A stretch of 64,000 bases of DNA. Origin: Octopus sinensis. Lineage: Eukaryota. This document shows positions 13,150 through 24,394 of this stretch, piece by piece (positions within the stretch are counted from its first letter, which is position 1; each line of letters opens with the position of its first letter). The DNA is taken from NCBI RefSeq assembly GCF_006345805.1, contig NC_042999.1:85746001-85810000 (forward strand). The letters are read 5' to 3'. The notes under the pieces were generated by a model. That model was not told the origin of the DNA. It saw only the letters and a list, made by a program, of their open reading frames with translations, and did no database searches. A program made the position numbers and the translations under genes.

Positions 13150-14100
13150 GAGCATTTAAAAGAATTTATTTCTGGTGCATTCTTAGTGCTTATTGCCACT
13201 GTTGCACGTGTCACATACAAAGCTACTTGTGATTCTGCCACACCTCTTGTGTACGCATAATTTACATTAAGTATAGCACATGGGGTTCCTACCAACTCCC
13301 TTTCTGCATACTGAGCCAGACCATTTTCCTTGACAATACCAGACTCCTGTTTTTTTTTTATTACTTATTAGCACCATAGTCTTTGCTAAGTTTATCTTAA
13401 GGTCTCTCAATTCTAGGTTTTGCTTTCATATCTGGAATTTCTTCTCTAATTTTACTATAAATTCAGTAAAAAGAACTAGATAATCAGCAAGTAGGATTTC
13501 TCAAGAATAGTCAGCCTCAAGTTCCTCTATGAGAGGCCTGTAAATCTATGATAAATTGGGAGGACTGTGCCTTGATAAACATCTACCTTCATGCTAAAGT
13601 CATTATAACCATCACTTTACTGACACCACCTTTGTATATAGTTTGTACAACTCTCAAAAGCCACTGACATGCTGACAAATACTTAATGGTTTACTCTTAA
13701 TCAAAAATATCTCCTGCAGTTACCTCATGAGAAGATGGCATTTGTGGTACCCCTTGAGGGTATAAAACCAAACTGCATCTTATCTAGGTTAGTTCTGTTC
13801 CTAATCAATTGTAGTATAACTCTTTCCTTGAGCTTCATAGCCTGGTGCAATAAGTTGATAGCTTTGTAATTTTTTCTTGCTAGTACATATCTCCTTTACC
13901 CTAGTAGCAGCTCATATTCACATTGGTATCGTTATACCAGTCAGTGGGCACAATACTTTACTGTGTTACCTGATTCATGACTGTCTGGCATGTATCCCAT
14001 TTTGCCAGATATTTTGATCATCTCAGTGACTATCCCAGTTAGGCCGGCAGCTTTTCCTACTTTCATATCTAATCCCTATCTACCATACTGTTGTCAATTT
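13150..14100 (-). mobile_element. Degraded RTE LINE RT fragment
   Basis: Minus-strand KGDVL.R.NY.AI.LL...K..ERV...D.MQFGF.P.RGTT.AIF. Confidence 0.7.
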
Positions 14101-14154
14101 GAGTTGCTGATCCCTCACTTGAGTCAGTATTATAGCTTTATGAGTGTGTATGTG

Positions 14155-14193
<39 letters not shown>

Positions 14194-15999
14194 GATTAAG
14201 GGTACCAGATAGTACCAGTGTTGCTGCAAATAAGAGTAAAAAAATACTCAAGCCACAATATCTCTGAAAATTTAACAAGCAATGGTAGGCTGGCTTTTTA
14301 AACATTCCTCAATTTTGTTAGCTTGATATATTTTCAGTGATATTGTGGCTTATTAAAGTATATTTTACTTTTATTTCTAGCAACACTGGTACTATTTTGT
14401 ACCCTTGAATATAAATTTGACCTTTTGGGTTTTTATGCTTGCTAGCCACTTATTATTTATTAATAATATCTTTATATATATATATATATATATAATTGCT
14501 GCTATTATGTTAAACTGTTGTATGTCCAAATTTGACCAAATGTGTTTTTTCAATATTTATTTTTGCTTGCAATAGCCAGTTCTTTTGGTCAAACTATCAT
14601 ATCTCCAGCTGCTTCATATGCCAAGATATCAAAAATTGTCAAAGCGTAGTACAACAGTTTTGCTACGGAATGGTGAAACTATTTTTTCGTTTTCTGAAAA
14701 AGCAATGTTTTGAACTTACAACACTTTTTCATAATAGCAACGACACACACACACTGTTGGCATTAAAGGTCTATTAATTTAAATTCCCAACTGGAAAGGA
14801 ATACCAATACAGAATTATGCATGTGCATATAGGGGACCACATGCAAGTCTATGTATTAGTGTATATGCATGTTTGTAACAATGGTGGACAATTTACTGCA
14901 ATTTAAAAACAAAAAAGAAAAGATTCCCACCAAAATGACACTTATTTTGTCTTTCTCTTCAATTGAGAATTGTTTGCCGAAAATGGTTGTTATTTACACT
15001 CAGGTTAACCCTAGTGAAGCAGTTGTGATGAAAACCTTCCATCAGCAATCATTTGCCTTTTCATGTATCAAAAATATGACCTCTAATGTACCCTTTCAAG
15101 TGATTGACTTTGGCACAATGTGTTTGTGAGTATAAACTAGAGTAATCTTACAGAAATTCGAAGTAAATATTCTTTTCTACTCTAGGCACAAGGCCTGAAA
15201 TTAGATCAACCCCAGTATGCAACTGGTACTTAATTTATCAACCCCAAAAGGATGAAAGGCAAAGTCAACCTCGGCGGAATTTGAACTTGGAACATAAAGA
15301 CAGGCGAAAATTTGTAGTCAATCTTGACTAATTGATGTATTTGTAACAGATTTGGTCATTGAAAGCATAGATTCAATTACTTAAAAGCTGTGATAGAAAA
15401 ATTTATAATGGAATAGATTTAAAATCAGTTAGTTAATAGGCAAAGCACACAAGAAAATTATACAAATTAACTTCAACTTTAAAAAGAGGAAAAGACAAAT
15501 TCAAACCTTTGCAACCATTAAATTCTAGTTTTAACACATTCTAATAAACAGCCATTTCTCTAAACTGAGAGAATTGGCTATAACCATTGCCTCCTATCTC
15601 CAATGTCTTGTGCTTAAGGAAAATACCATTCACTATTTATTAGAACACCACTATGCATTTGAAGGAGATAAAAGACACTGTCAGCAAAACAGGTTCATAA
15701 CTGGAACAGCGGATATTAGATTAAAGATAAGAAAAAAAACCCAGCATACCTAGAGCTCTATTGTCAGAGCCACATTATATTTGGCTCTATGTCAATTATA
15801 ATCAATGCAGGCTTATGTTGAAAGAAAGATCTTTCAACCAAGACCAGCCTACTTGTTATTTAGATAAAGTATATAACAATATGTAACCTAATTTCTTTTT
15901 TAAAGTTCTATTTTAAAACTTAAGTGAGTTTACTATTATAAAACATAAATATAAATTCTAGTAAAACATCTGATATTAGTTCTGAAAGAAGTCCGTTGT

Positions 16000-16226
16000 G
16001 TATATATAAATGTGCATGCTTGTGTGTCTGTGTTTGTTCCCATCCACCATCAATTGACAACCAATGTTGGTGTGCTTACGTCTCCATAAATTAGTGGTTC
16101 GGCAAAAGAGACCGATAGAATAAGTACTAGGCTTACAAAGAAATAAGTCCTGGGGCTGATTAGTTCAATTAAAGGTGGTGCTCCAGTATGGCTGCAGTCA
16201 AATGACTGAAACAAGAATAAAAGAGT
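16000..16226 (+). mobile_element. SINE family 1, 3' half, about 25 nt from the AK2 exon 2 donor
   Basis: Homology to the 790-990 segment. Confidence 0.8.
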
Positions 16227-16251
16227 ATATTTGAATATATAAAGATCTTAC

Positions 16252-16297
16252 CAGTTGATAAATGACACACTTTATAGTGATCCGCCAGTAATGGAGC
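16252..16297 (-). CDS. AK2: Adenylate kinase 2, exon 2 (46 nt: APLLADHYKVCHLST-G)
   Basis: Not in ORF track; read manually: ttttacttttag|GCTCCATTACTG...TCAACTG|gtaag; CHLSTG motif; phase 0 in, phase 1 out, matching exon 3. Confidence 0.92.
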
Positions 16298-16999
16298 CTA
16301 AAAGTAAAAATTAATACTGTTTGATGAAGTAATTAAAGTATATATTGAGTCAAGCATTCTCGTAAGACAAAATCAAACTACAGAACATGCCAAATGCAAT
16401 ATCATAAAATATAAGATATTTATATTTATTCAAGGAATATTTAGTCTAGTAATTATGAGCAAGCAGCTAATAGAGCTTCTACTTAAATACATAACAGCTA
16501 ATGTTTACGCTGCCGATTCACTCACAATAAGGAATCTTGACAACACATTATTACTTCCAGTCATTGTTACAGTTAATGTTTGCATTCTTCTATGCCTTCA
16601 AGCCAATGCTCAATAAAAATTAAACACTAATCTTACCAGTATCAATAAAATAACTATTTATACCTGGTGTAAGACTATGAAAGCAAACAGCTTAAACAAT
16701 AGAGGTAAAATTGTTCTGAAACTCTTTGTTTCAGCTCTCCATTCAAAGAGATTTACTAATGTATGTGAAGAGCTTGTCATTTAAACTTTCCACACAACCC
16801 ATGTCTATAAAATTCAGAAAGCAAGTTTGGACAAATAAGTAATAAAAACTTCAAGGGATCTTAAATTTATAGTAGAACAAAACAAGGGATAATCACAAAC
16901 TATGATGCTTTAATTCTATCATCTTAAATGCAGAAGAAAAGAAAAAAGTATAGAGTGGTTAGTAAAATATAAAATGTATCCAAATATAATAATGAAAGG

Positions 17000-17390
17000 A
17001 GTGACTGTGTGATAAGAAGCTTGCTTCCCAATGACATGGTTCCTGGTTCAGTCCCACTGCATAGCACCTTATATGCAAGTGTCTTTTACTATAGCCTCAG
17101 GCTGACCAAGGTGGATTTGGTAGATAGAAACTGAAAGAAGCCCATTGTATATATATATCTGTGTGTGTGTTTGTACTTGTCCCTCACCACTATTTGAGAA
17201 CTGGTGTTAGTGAGATTACATCCCCCATAACTTAGTGGCTCAGCAAGAACGACCGATAGAATAAGTACCAGGCTTAAAAAATAAAGAGTATTGGGGTCGA
17301 TTCATTTGACTAAAATTCTTCAAAGCAGTGCCCCAGCATGGTCACAGTCTGATGACTAAAACAAATAATAAAATAAAAGAAAAGAATAAT
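17000..17390 (+). mobile_element. SINE family 1 full copy
   Basis: Homology to the 606-990 copy. Confidence 0.8.
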
Positions 17391-17484
17391 GCAAACAGCA
17401 AAATAAGTTTTTCTGATAGCTTATGATCTTTATCTTTGGGGCACTGCCTTGAAGAGGTCTAAGTCAAATGGATCAGCCTCAATG

Positions 17485-17880
17485 CTTAGGTTTTTTTTCT
17501 TTAAAACTTAGTACTTATTCTATGGGTTTCTTTTGCCAAACTGCTAAGTTGCGGGAACATAAACACAGACACATAGATATATATTCTTTTATTTGTTTCA
17601 GTCATCTGACTGCAGTTAAGGACTTTTTGTTGAACAAATCGACCCCAGGACTTATTTTTTAAGCCTAGTACTTATTCTATTGGTCTCTTTTGCCGAACTG
17701 CTAAGTTACTGGGTTGTAAACACACCAACAATGGGGAGGACAAACACAGACGCAAAGACATACATACAACGAGCCTCTTTCAGTTTCAGTCTACCAAATC
17801 CTTTCACAAAGCTTTGGTTAGCCTGAGGTTATAGTAGAAGACACTTGCCGAAGGTGTCACACAATAGACTGAACCCCAAC
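17485..17880 (-). mobile_element. SINE family 1, inverted copy
   Basis: Reverse-complement homology (cttcagtttc...ctaccaaatcc, gaagacacttgcc). Confidence 0.8.
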
Positions 17881-17954
17881 AATTTATAGTGAACCAATAA
17901 AGAGTTTAAAAATTCATGTTAGCTTGCTTCCATTCTGTATTTGTTTTTTAACCC

Positions 17955-17986
<32 letters not shown>

Positions 17987-18242
17987 GCACTTCAAATTTT
18001 TGTCACAAGGGCAGCTTGGGGAGATGGGGATGAGTTGATTAAATTGACTCCAATGTGTAACTGGTACTTATTCAATCAACCTCGAAAAAATGAAAGGCAA
18101 AGTTGACCTCAGCAGAATTTGAACTCAGAACATGGAGGCAGACAAAATACCACCAAGCATTTTGCCCAGCATGCTAACAATTCTACCAACTCGTTGCCTT
18201 AATAACATCATCATCATCACCTGTACTATAGTAACAAGTAAT

Positions 18243-20989
18243 CTTAATCAACTTGTAACCTCCTCAGCATCAAAGAATACTGTTAATTCAACAGTTGGAG
18301 GTATCGGATTTCTACTTTCATCAAAAGCCAGTGATACTCTCTTGAGTATAGAGTCAATCTCACCTAGAATTATGGTGCTTGAGATAGATGGAAACCCGAA
18401 AACAACATTGGTATGTGTGTATAGCCCACATAATTCGTCTGTGGCAGACGAGATTGAGAATTTTTATACAACCCTTCATTCAACCATTGAGCAAGTACCT
18501 CTCCATAATTTTCTAGTTATAGCTGGTGATCTGAATGCTAGACTAGGACCCGATGAGACCAAGTTTACTTTCAACTCTAAAACTAATCGGAACGGAGAAA
18601 TGCTCAAAGACTTCTTAGAGGAATTTAATCTCTACACCTCCAACAATTCTTTTATGAAACCAAAAGGTCAACTTTGGACATTCGAGTCCCCACTTGGTGA
18701 TAGGGCACAAATTGACTACCTCATCTTTCGAAAGAAGTGGCGCAATAGTGTTAAAAACTCGAGATCCTACTCTTCCTTTAGTTCTGTTGGCTCTGACCAC
18801 AGAATTGTATCAACTACCGTTAAGCTTAGTCTTCGCTCATCCAAAAAAGCTAAGCCTCACCCGATGAAAATGATCGACTGGGAGGAAGTCTTATCTAACC
18901 CCGATATGTCCAAACAATTTACTATTGAGGTCTATAACACATTTCAATCTTTGTCTACTTCTGAAATAGATGCTGAGAACATTGAAGAAGTATACAGCAG
19001 CCTCATCAAATCAACAGAGGAAGTTGCACTGGCTACTCTTCCCAAAAAGAAGAGTAGGGGCCAGAGCAAACCTTCTAATTCCCCAAATGTCATCGAAGCC
19101 AGAAACCATCTAAAGTCTATATCACTAGCTTACCACCGCTCTCCATCCCAGTCACTGAAGATCCAACTCATAGCTGCCAAGAAGAATCTTGATGAGGCTT
19201 ACTTGAACGCCGAGGTCGACTTTATCAATGGCAAAATTAGTAAACTATCCAAAGAGCACATTAGTAAAAAATACCATCTCGCCTGGAAATCCATCAAAGA
19301 CCTATCAGGCAAAAATTCTGGGTCATCAATTAGAATTAAAGGGGGATCAGCTAAGAAGCGTTTAGAAAATTGGTCAACCCATTTTAAAAACCTTCTTGGG
19401 AAGAATGCCGAAATCCTGATAACCGCACTCTTCCAAGTGTACCTATATCAGACATGCTGGACATCAACACCTCCCCTTTTACCATATTTGAACTAACAGC
19501 AGCCACCAAGCAACTAAAAGCCTCGAAAGCATTTGGTCCCGACAACATCCCAGCTATAATTTGGAAGGATGATAGATTTCACACACTTTTGCTCAACCTT
19601 TGCAACCACACACTTTCCACCTTTGTCGCTCCAAAGATTTGGCACCAATCTCAAATCATCCCAATACCCCAAAAAACGCAATTTATCCCTCGTCACCAAC
19701 TACAGGGGTATATCTCTAATGTCAATTGCTGCAAAACTGTACAACAAACTGATCCTAAATCGTCTTGTCCTTTTTGTTGAACCTTTGCTCCGAAAGAACC
19801 AAAATGGATTCAGACATGGGCGCTCAATGCCGAGCCAGATACTATGCCTATGCAGACTTATTGAAGAATCAAAAGCATTTAATCGCGATCTTACAATGGT
19901 ATTTGTAGACTTTTCTAAAGCGTTTGATTCTGTAGATAGGTACAAGATGTTTGAAATCCTTAAGCTCTATGGGATACCAGACAAAATCATTTCTGCCATC
20001 AAGGTCCTCTACACAGATACGTCTTCAACCATCTTAACTCCTGACGGAGAAACATCATCTTTCTCAATCAAAGCCGGAATACTGCAGGGAGACACACTCG
20101 CCCCATTTCTTTTCATCATTGTTGTTGACTATGTGCTACGTATGTCAGTTGATACCATCTCTGGCAAGGGCTTTGAAATAAAACCAAGAAGTTCCAGACA
20201 CCCAGCTGAATACTTGACAGACACTGACTTTGCTGACGACATCGCTCTTATCAGTGATTCTCTCTCCAATGCCCAGTCTCTTTTACAATCTCTTGAACAA
20301 GCCTCAAATTGTGTAGGTCTTTACCTCAATGAGGCCAAGACTGAATATATAAACAAGTGCCTGTCCAACAGTGATTGCATCATCCATACTCTCAACAATG
20401 CGCCCTTAAATATGGTTTCTGATTACAAATATCTTGGGTCATACATATCATCATCCGGAAAAGACTTTCTAACTAGAAAGGGTATGGCCTGGTCAGCCTG
20501 TAATGACATGCATAAGATCTGGTCATCAAATCTAAGTAGAGACTTCAAACTTGAAATCTTCAAAGCCACAGTCGAACCAATTCTACTATATGGCTCAGAA
20601 ACCTGGACGTTATCAAAGAAGCTTGAGAGGCGGTTGGATGGAACCTACACTCACCTCCTTATCAGAGCTCAAAATCTCTCGTGGAAGCGCCATCCAACCA
20701 AAATGCAAATATATGGGAAACTACCACCTGTGTCATCTCTTGTGAAAGGTAAGAGAGTCCAGTTTGCTGGACATTGTTGTAGAGTTGAAAAAGAGGTAAT
20801 TTCTACTTTTCTCCTCTGGAAGCCATCTACTCGCAATACCAGAGGGCGCACACTCTCCTACCCTGATGTAATCTCCAGGGATACAGGCATCCAGTAACAG
20901 GACCTCCGTAATGCCATGATGGGCCGTGAAGTCTGGCGTAGCATGGTAAATTCCATTGTCTCAACCACGGTCGAACAATGATGATGATG
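18243..20989 (+). mobile_element. 5'-truncated RTE-clade LINE (APE endonuclease + RT) with two frameshifts and one late stop; antisense in AK2 intron 1
   Basis: APE motifs VYSPH, GDLNA, IDY, SDH; RT motifs NYRGISL, FVDFSKAFDS, GILQGDTLAP, FADD, YKYLGS; (ATG)n tail; 10-bp TSD AACAAGTAAT at 18233-18242 and 20990-20999. Confidence 0.95.
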
Positions 20990-21630
20990 AACAAGTAATA
21001 TTTGGCTAGTGGTCACGTGATCAGTCAGTTAACAACCTTCCAATTACTGTGCCCAAATATATAGGTGTATTAATTTCAGAATACTACAAAAATGTCAATT
21101 GGAACACTGATCAATAAAAGCAATTGTTTAACTATATTTCATTTGAAAAATCATAAAATATTATGACAGCACTGTAGATGACACAAATGTCATATTAAAA
21201 ATCAGTAACTTTACACAGTTTTTACTGTCATGCTTGGAAATGATAATTATCATACACTAACTACATTTATAGGAGAAATTTCTTGATTGTTTGTAAATAT
21301 TTTATACAGGCAATGACATATGCAAAAAATTTTCAAGTAATTGGCATTTCCTTCTACAGTTCTTTTTTCTATATGTGTAAACGGCTGCTATTTAATCAAA
21401 ACAGGCTTCAGCTAACCATGATTTGCCAATGAGGTCCAATCAGAGGGAAATATAACCATAGCTCTCCTTTTGTCTACAAACAACAATTAAATTTTCCTGT
21501 GAGCATGGAAATTTATTTTGTAAAATAAATTCTTAATATTTTTAAATTATCTCTCTGTTCAGTGAGAGTTAACAATTACTGCTGAGTCTTTTCTTTTTCG
21601 TTTTTTTTTTATTAAGGAAATAGCAATTAA

Positions 21631-21855
21631 CCCTTTTATTACAGTATTTATTTTGAGATCCTCTGTTTTTTTTTTTTCAATTGCTTTACATCTAACACAA
21701 AGAATTTAGTAAAATAACTTAGTTATCATTCAGCTAGTGTTAGGAACATAAATTGTGACTAAGGTTTGGTGGAAGATTTTAATTCAAAACTTATGAAAAC
21801 AAGTTATTTGTACTCAGAGCCAAAGCCAGTTTCAGCCAGGTTAGTAATGAAAGGG
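21631..21855. mobile_element. piggyBac-type MITE, family B
   Basis: TTAA|CCCTTTTATTAC ... GTAATGAAAGGG inverted termini; interior unrelated to family A. Confidence 0.55.
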
Positions 21856-23501
21856 CTACTGAATAATGAATAATTTTTACCTTTCTCATTTATTACATCA
21901 CCCCTAAAATCCATGCTTTTGAACAATTAGAGGTATTTACTTCAGCTCTTTTTTTTTTTATACAAGAACCAATGGATGGAGATACTGCAGAGTCTAAGAC
22001 TCTTTAGGCTTGTGTTAGTGTCATGATAAAACATACTTAGAATACTCTGTAAAGTGGTTGGCATTAGAAAAGGCATCCTGCCAAAATTGGAACTTACAAG
22101 CAAGACCCATTTAAGTGGGTAGTAACTTCCTAGGTAGCCCTTACTAATGCCAACCACATTACAGAGTGTGCTGGGTGCTTTTTACATGCCACCAACACAT
22201 GTGCATTCATATAGCACTGGCTCAAGTGCATTTTACATGGCACTGGCATCTGCAAGACAAAGACCTCTCAGCTTGGAAAGGACTGGAGGCATGGCCATAA
22301 CAGTCATACCTGTGGAAATAATAGAACTATATGTCAATTTAAGGGATATTTAAATTAATTTCAATCTTTAGAGGTGGTTCTGTTTTGGTTTGGTAAGCCC
22401 TACAACAATTTTCCAATATCTTGGATAGATTTAACTCTGAAAGCTTTGGCTTTTAGCTTTATATCTGAATGTAAAGGAATGTATTATAAGGACTATAGAT
22501 ACAATGTTTTTTTTTCCAGACCTTACCATAAGACAGAGTTATAGTAGATTCTAGTTTTATTTCTACCTTATCCTTTGTGAAATGTGTATGAGATACATGT
22601 AGATGGTACAGTTTTTGTTTTATAAATGTCTAGCCAAATGGTTAAGATGTTCATATTGCACTCATGGGGTCCTGGATTGGACTTAATCCTACTGCTTGTG
22701 TCTCTTAGAGAAGCTTCAGACCGATCAACTTTGTAACATTAAGTACATTGAAATTGTGTAGAATCCTGTTGGATGGACTTACAAAGTTCAACTTTAAGGA
22801 CTCATAATTACATTAAAAAAATTCTGTTAGTTTAGATTCTGCCATTACAAATAGTTTCAGGGTTTCCATTTGTACTTGGCTTCCATTTCTATATTCCATA
22901 ATCATCTTCAGATACCAAACAGGTATGAAAACATATGCTGCCAAATTCTTTATGAAATAGTATCCTTCTTGTAGATTTGATCATGAAATGAGCATTTTTG
23001 ATAAAACAATCAGGAGACTGCAACAAAATAGTTAAAAAATCTGCAGACCTAGCAGTTGCGAAGGAAATAACCTGGTTAGAAATTAACCTTGCAAGATTAA
23101 TGCAAGTAAGCTGTAGTGATCAGATATACAAGCATTCACAAAGTAACATTAATTTTATAAATTTTGATGAGTTCAACACTCCTTGAGTTCTAAATAAAAA
23201 TACTAGATACAATAAGAAATGTAATTAAGAGCTCTATTTAACAATTAATAACAAGGTGAAATAAAACTTTATCTATTAATTTAAATACTATTCATATGGC
23301 CTTAAAGTTTGAAGAAAATCAAAATTTGAAAAATAAATTTCAAAGTTTCATCAACAAATGATGTGAAAGAAACCCCCAAAATAGGCTAGTTAACTATTAA
23401 CATGAGACTGGAAATATAGTCTTGTCAATTTTGGTGGTTCTGAAAGCAACTTTTTTGCCAAAATAATGAAATGTAGCAATAAGCAATTCAGAAGTAAACA
23501 C

Positions 23502-24168
23502 TAGAATATAGCTAAATGAAGTAGTGACATTCCCAGAGAAGTGAGTCTGCATCTGAGTTCAGTTCCTGATTGAGCTAGTTCACTCTCTGTAAGAGGAGTT
23601 TTGTCTTTTTTTTTCAATCTACAGAGAAACAGCTAAATTAGCCCTGTTTGTAAGGTACAATATAGGTTACATAAAAATATATATTGTCATCTAAAATATT
23701 ATAGTTCAAAGTTTACTATTCATAGATCATATGTGAATTCATTTAATACAACTTAATAAATATAATTCAAATTTAAAAGATAATCATACATGTATTTAGG
23801 TCATACAGTACTTGAGAAATATTTGCTAAAAGAACAATTGCAAAACCTATCAACATCCAAATCCGAATTATTTATGTTTAAAATATGTTAAAGGTTGCTG
23901 ATTATTGTTTGGAACAAGAAGCAGGAAATTAAAACAATATGATGTAACGACCACCTGCAGAAAACATGTTATAACCCCTAATGGATTACAGATCACTAGT
24001 CATTGTCTGATATGTTAACAGCTACACAGACAATCTATCCTTCTTTTGTCAATTGATTATAGTCATATGGAAGAAGTGAATAGAGTGAACTAGGTCAATC
24101 AGGAACTGAACTCAGATGCAGACTCACTTCTCTCGGAATGTCACTACTTCATCAAATTTATATAATAG
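23502..24168. repeat. About 71-bp near-perfect inverted repeat pair (23516-23586 / 24082-24152), probable MITE
   Basis: atgaagtagtgacattccc...ctagttcactct versus its reverse complement, 2 mismatches by eye. Confidence 0.8.
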
Positions 24169-24353
24169 AGCACAACAAAAGTAAAATATAAGCTAAGGGA
24201 AATAACTCAAGTTGGTCAATAGCATTAATTTAGATAAATACTTTAAGGGGTGATGTACTGATATAATTTCATGAAATTAAGACTTAATTTTACAGCAAAT
24301 TTATTTACATGCTTAGTAGAAAATTTGATCTGTAATTGCTATCAGAGGGACAA

Positions 24354-24394
24354 CTTTGAACATGTTTCAGTCTTAGTGGGCCTCATCAGCATAA
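24354..24394 (-). ncRNA. Decayed minimal type I hammerhead ribozyme motif (Penelope-like)
   Basis: Minus strand TTATG-CTGATGA-GGCCCACTAAGACT-GAAA-CATGT-T-CAAAG: intact core boxes, palindromic ACATGT stem III, partial stems I and II. Confidence 0.4.

Noticed and set aside
16620-16810. Exon-like minus-strand stretches with GT donors (…VLHQ|gtataa, …FIDTG|gtaag) as an alternative AK2 exon
   Set aside because: No adenylate kinase similarity and no convincing acceptor; the real exon 2 at 16252-16297 completes the protein
18132-18242. ATG-led N-terminus (MEADKIPP...) of the 454-aa ORF as the true start of the LINE ORF
   Set aside because: It lies outside the TSD and derives from an inverted SINE3 copy; the LINE is 5'-truncated at 18243
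22870-22915. Second hammerhead-like motif (minus strand CTGAAGA...GAAA)
   Set aside because: Stem II pairs poorly and no NUH site or stem III is evident
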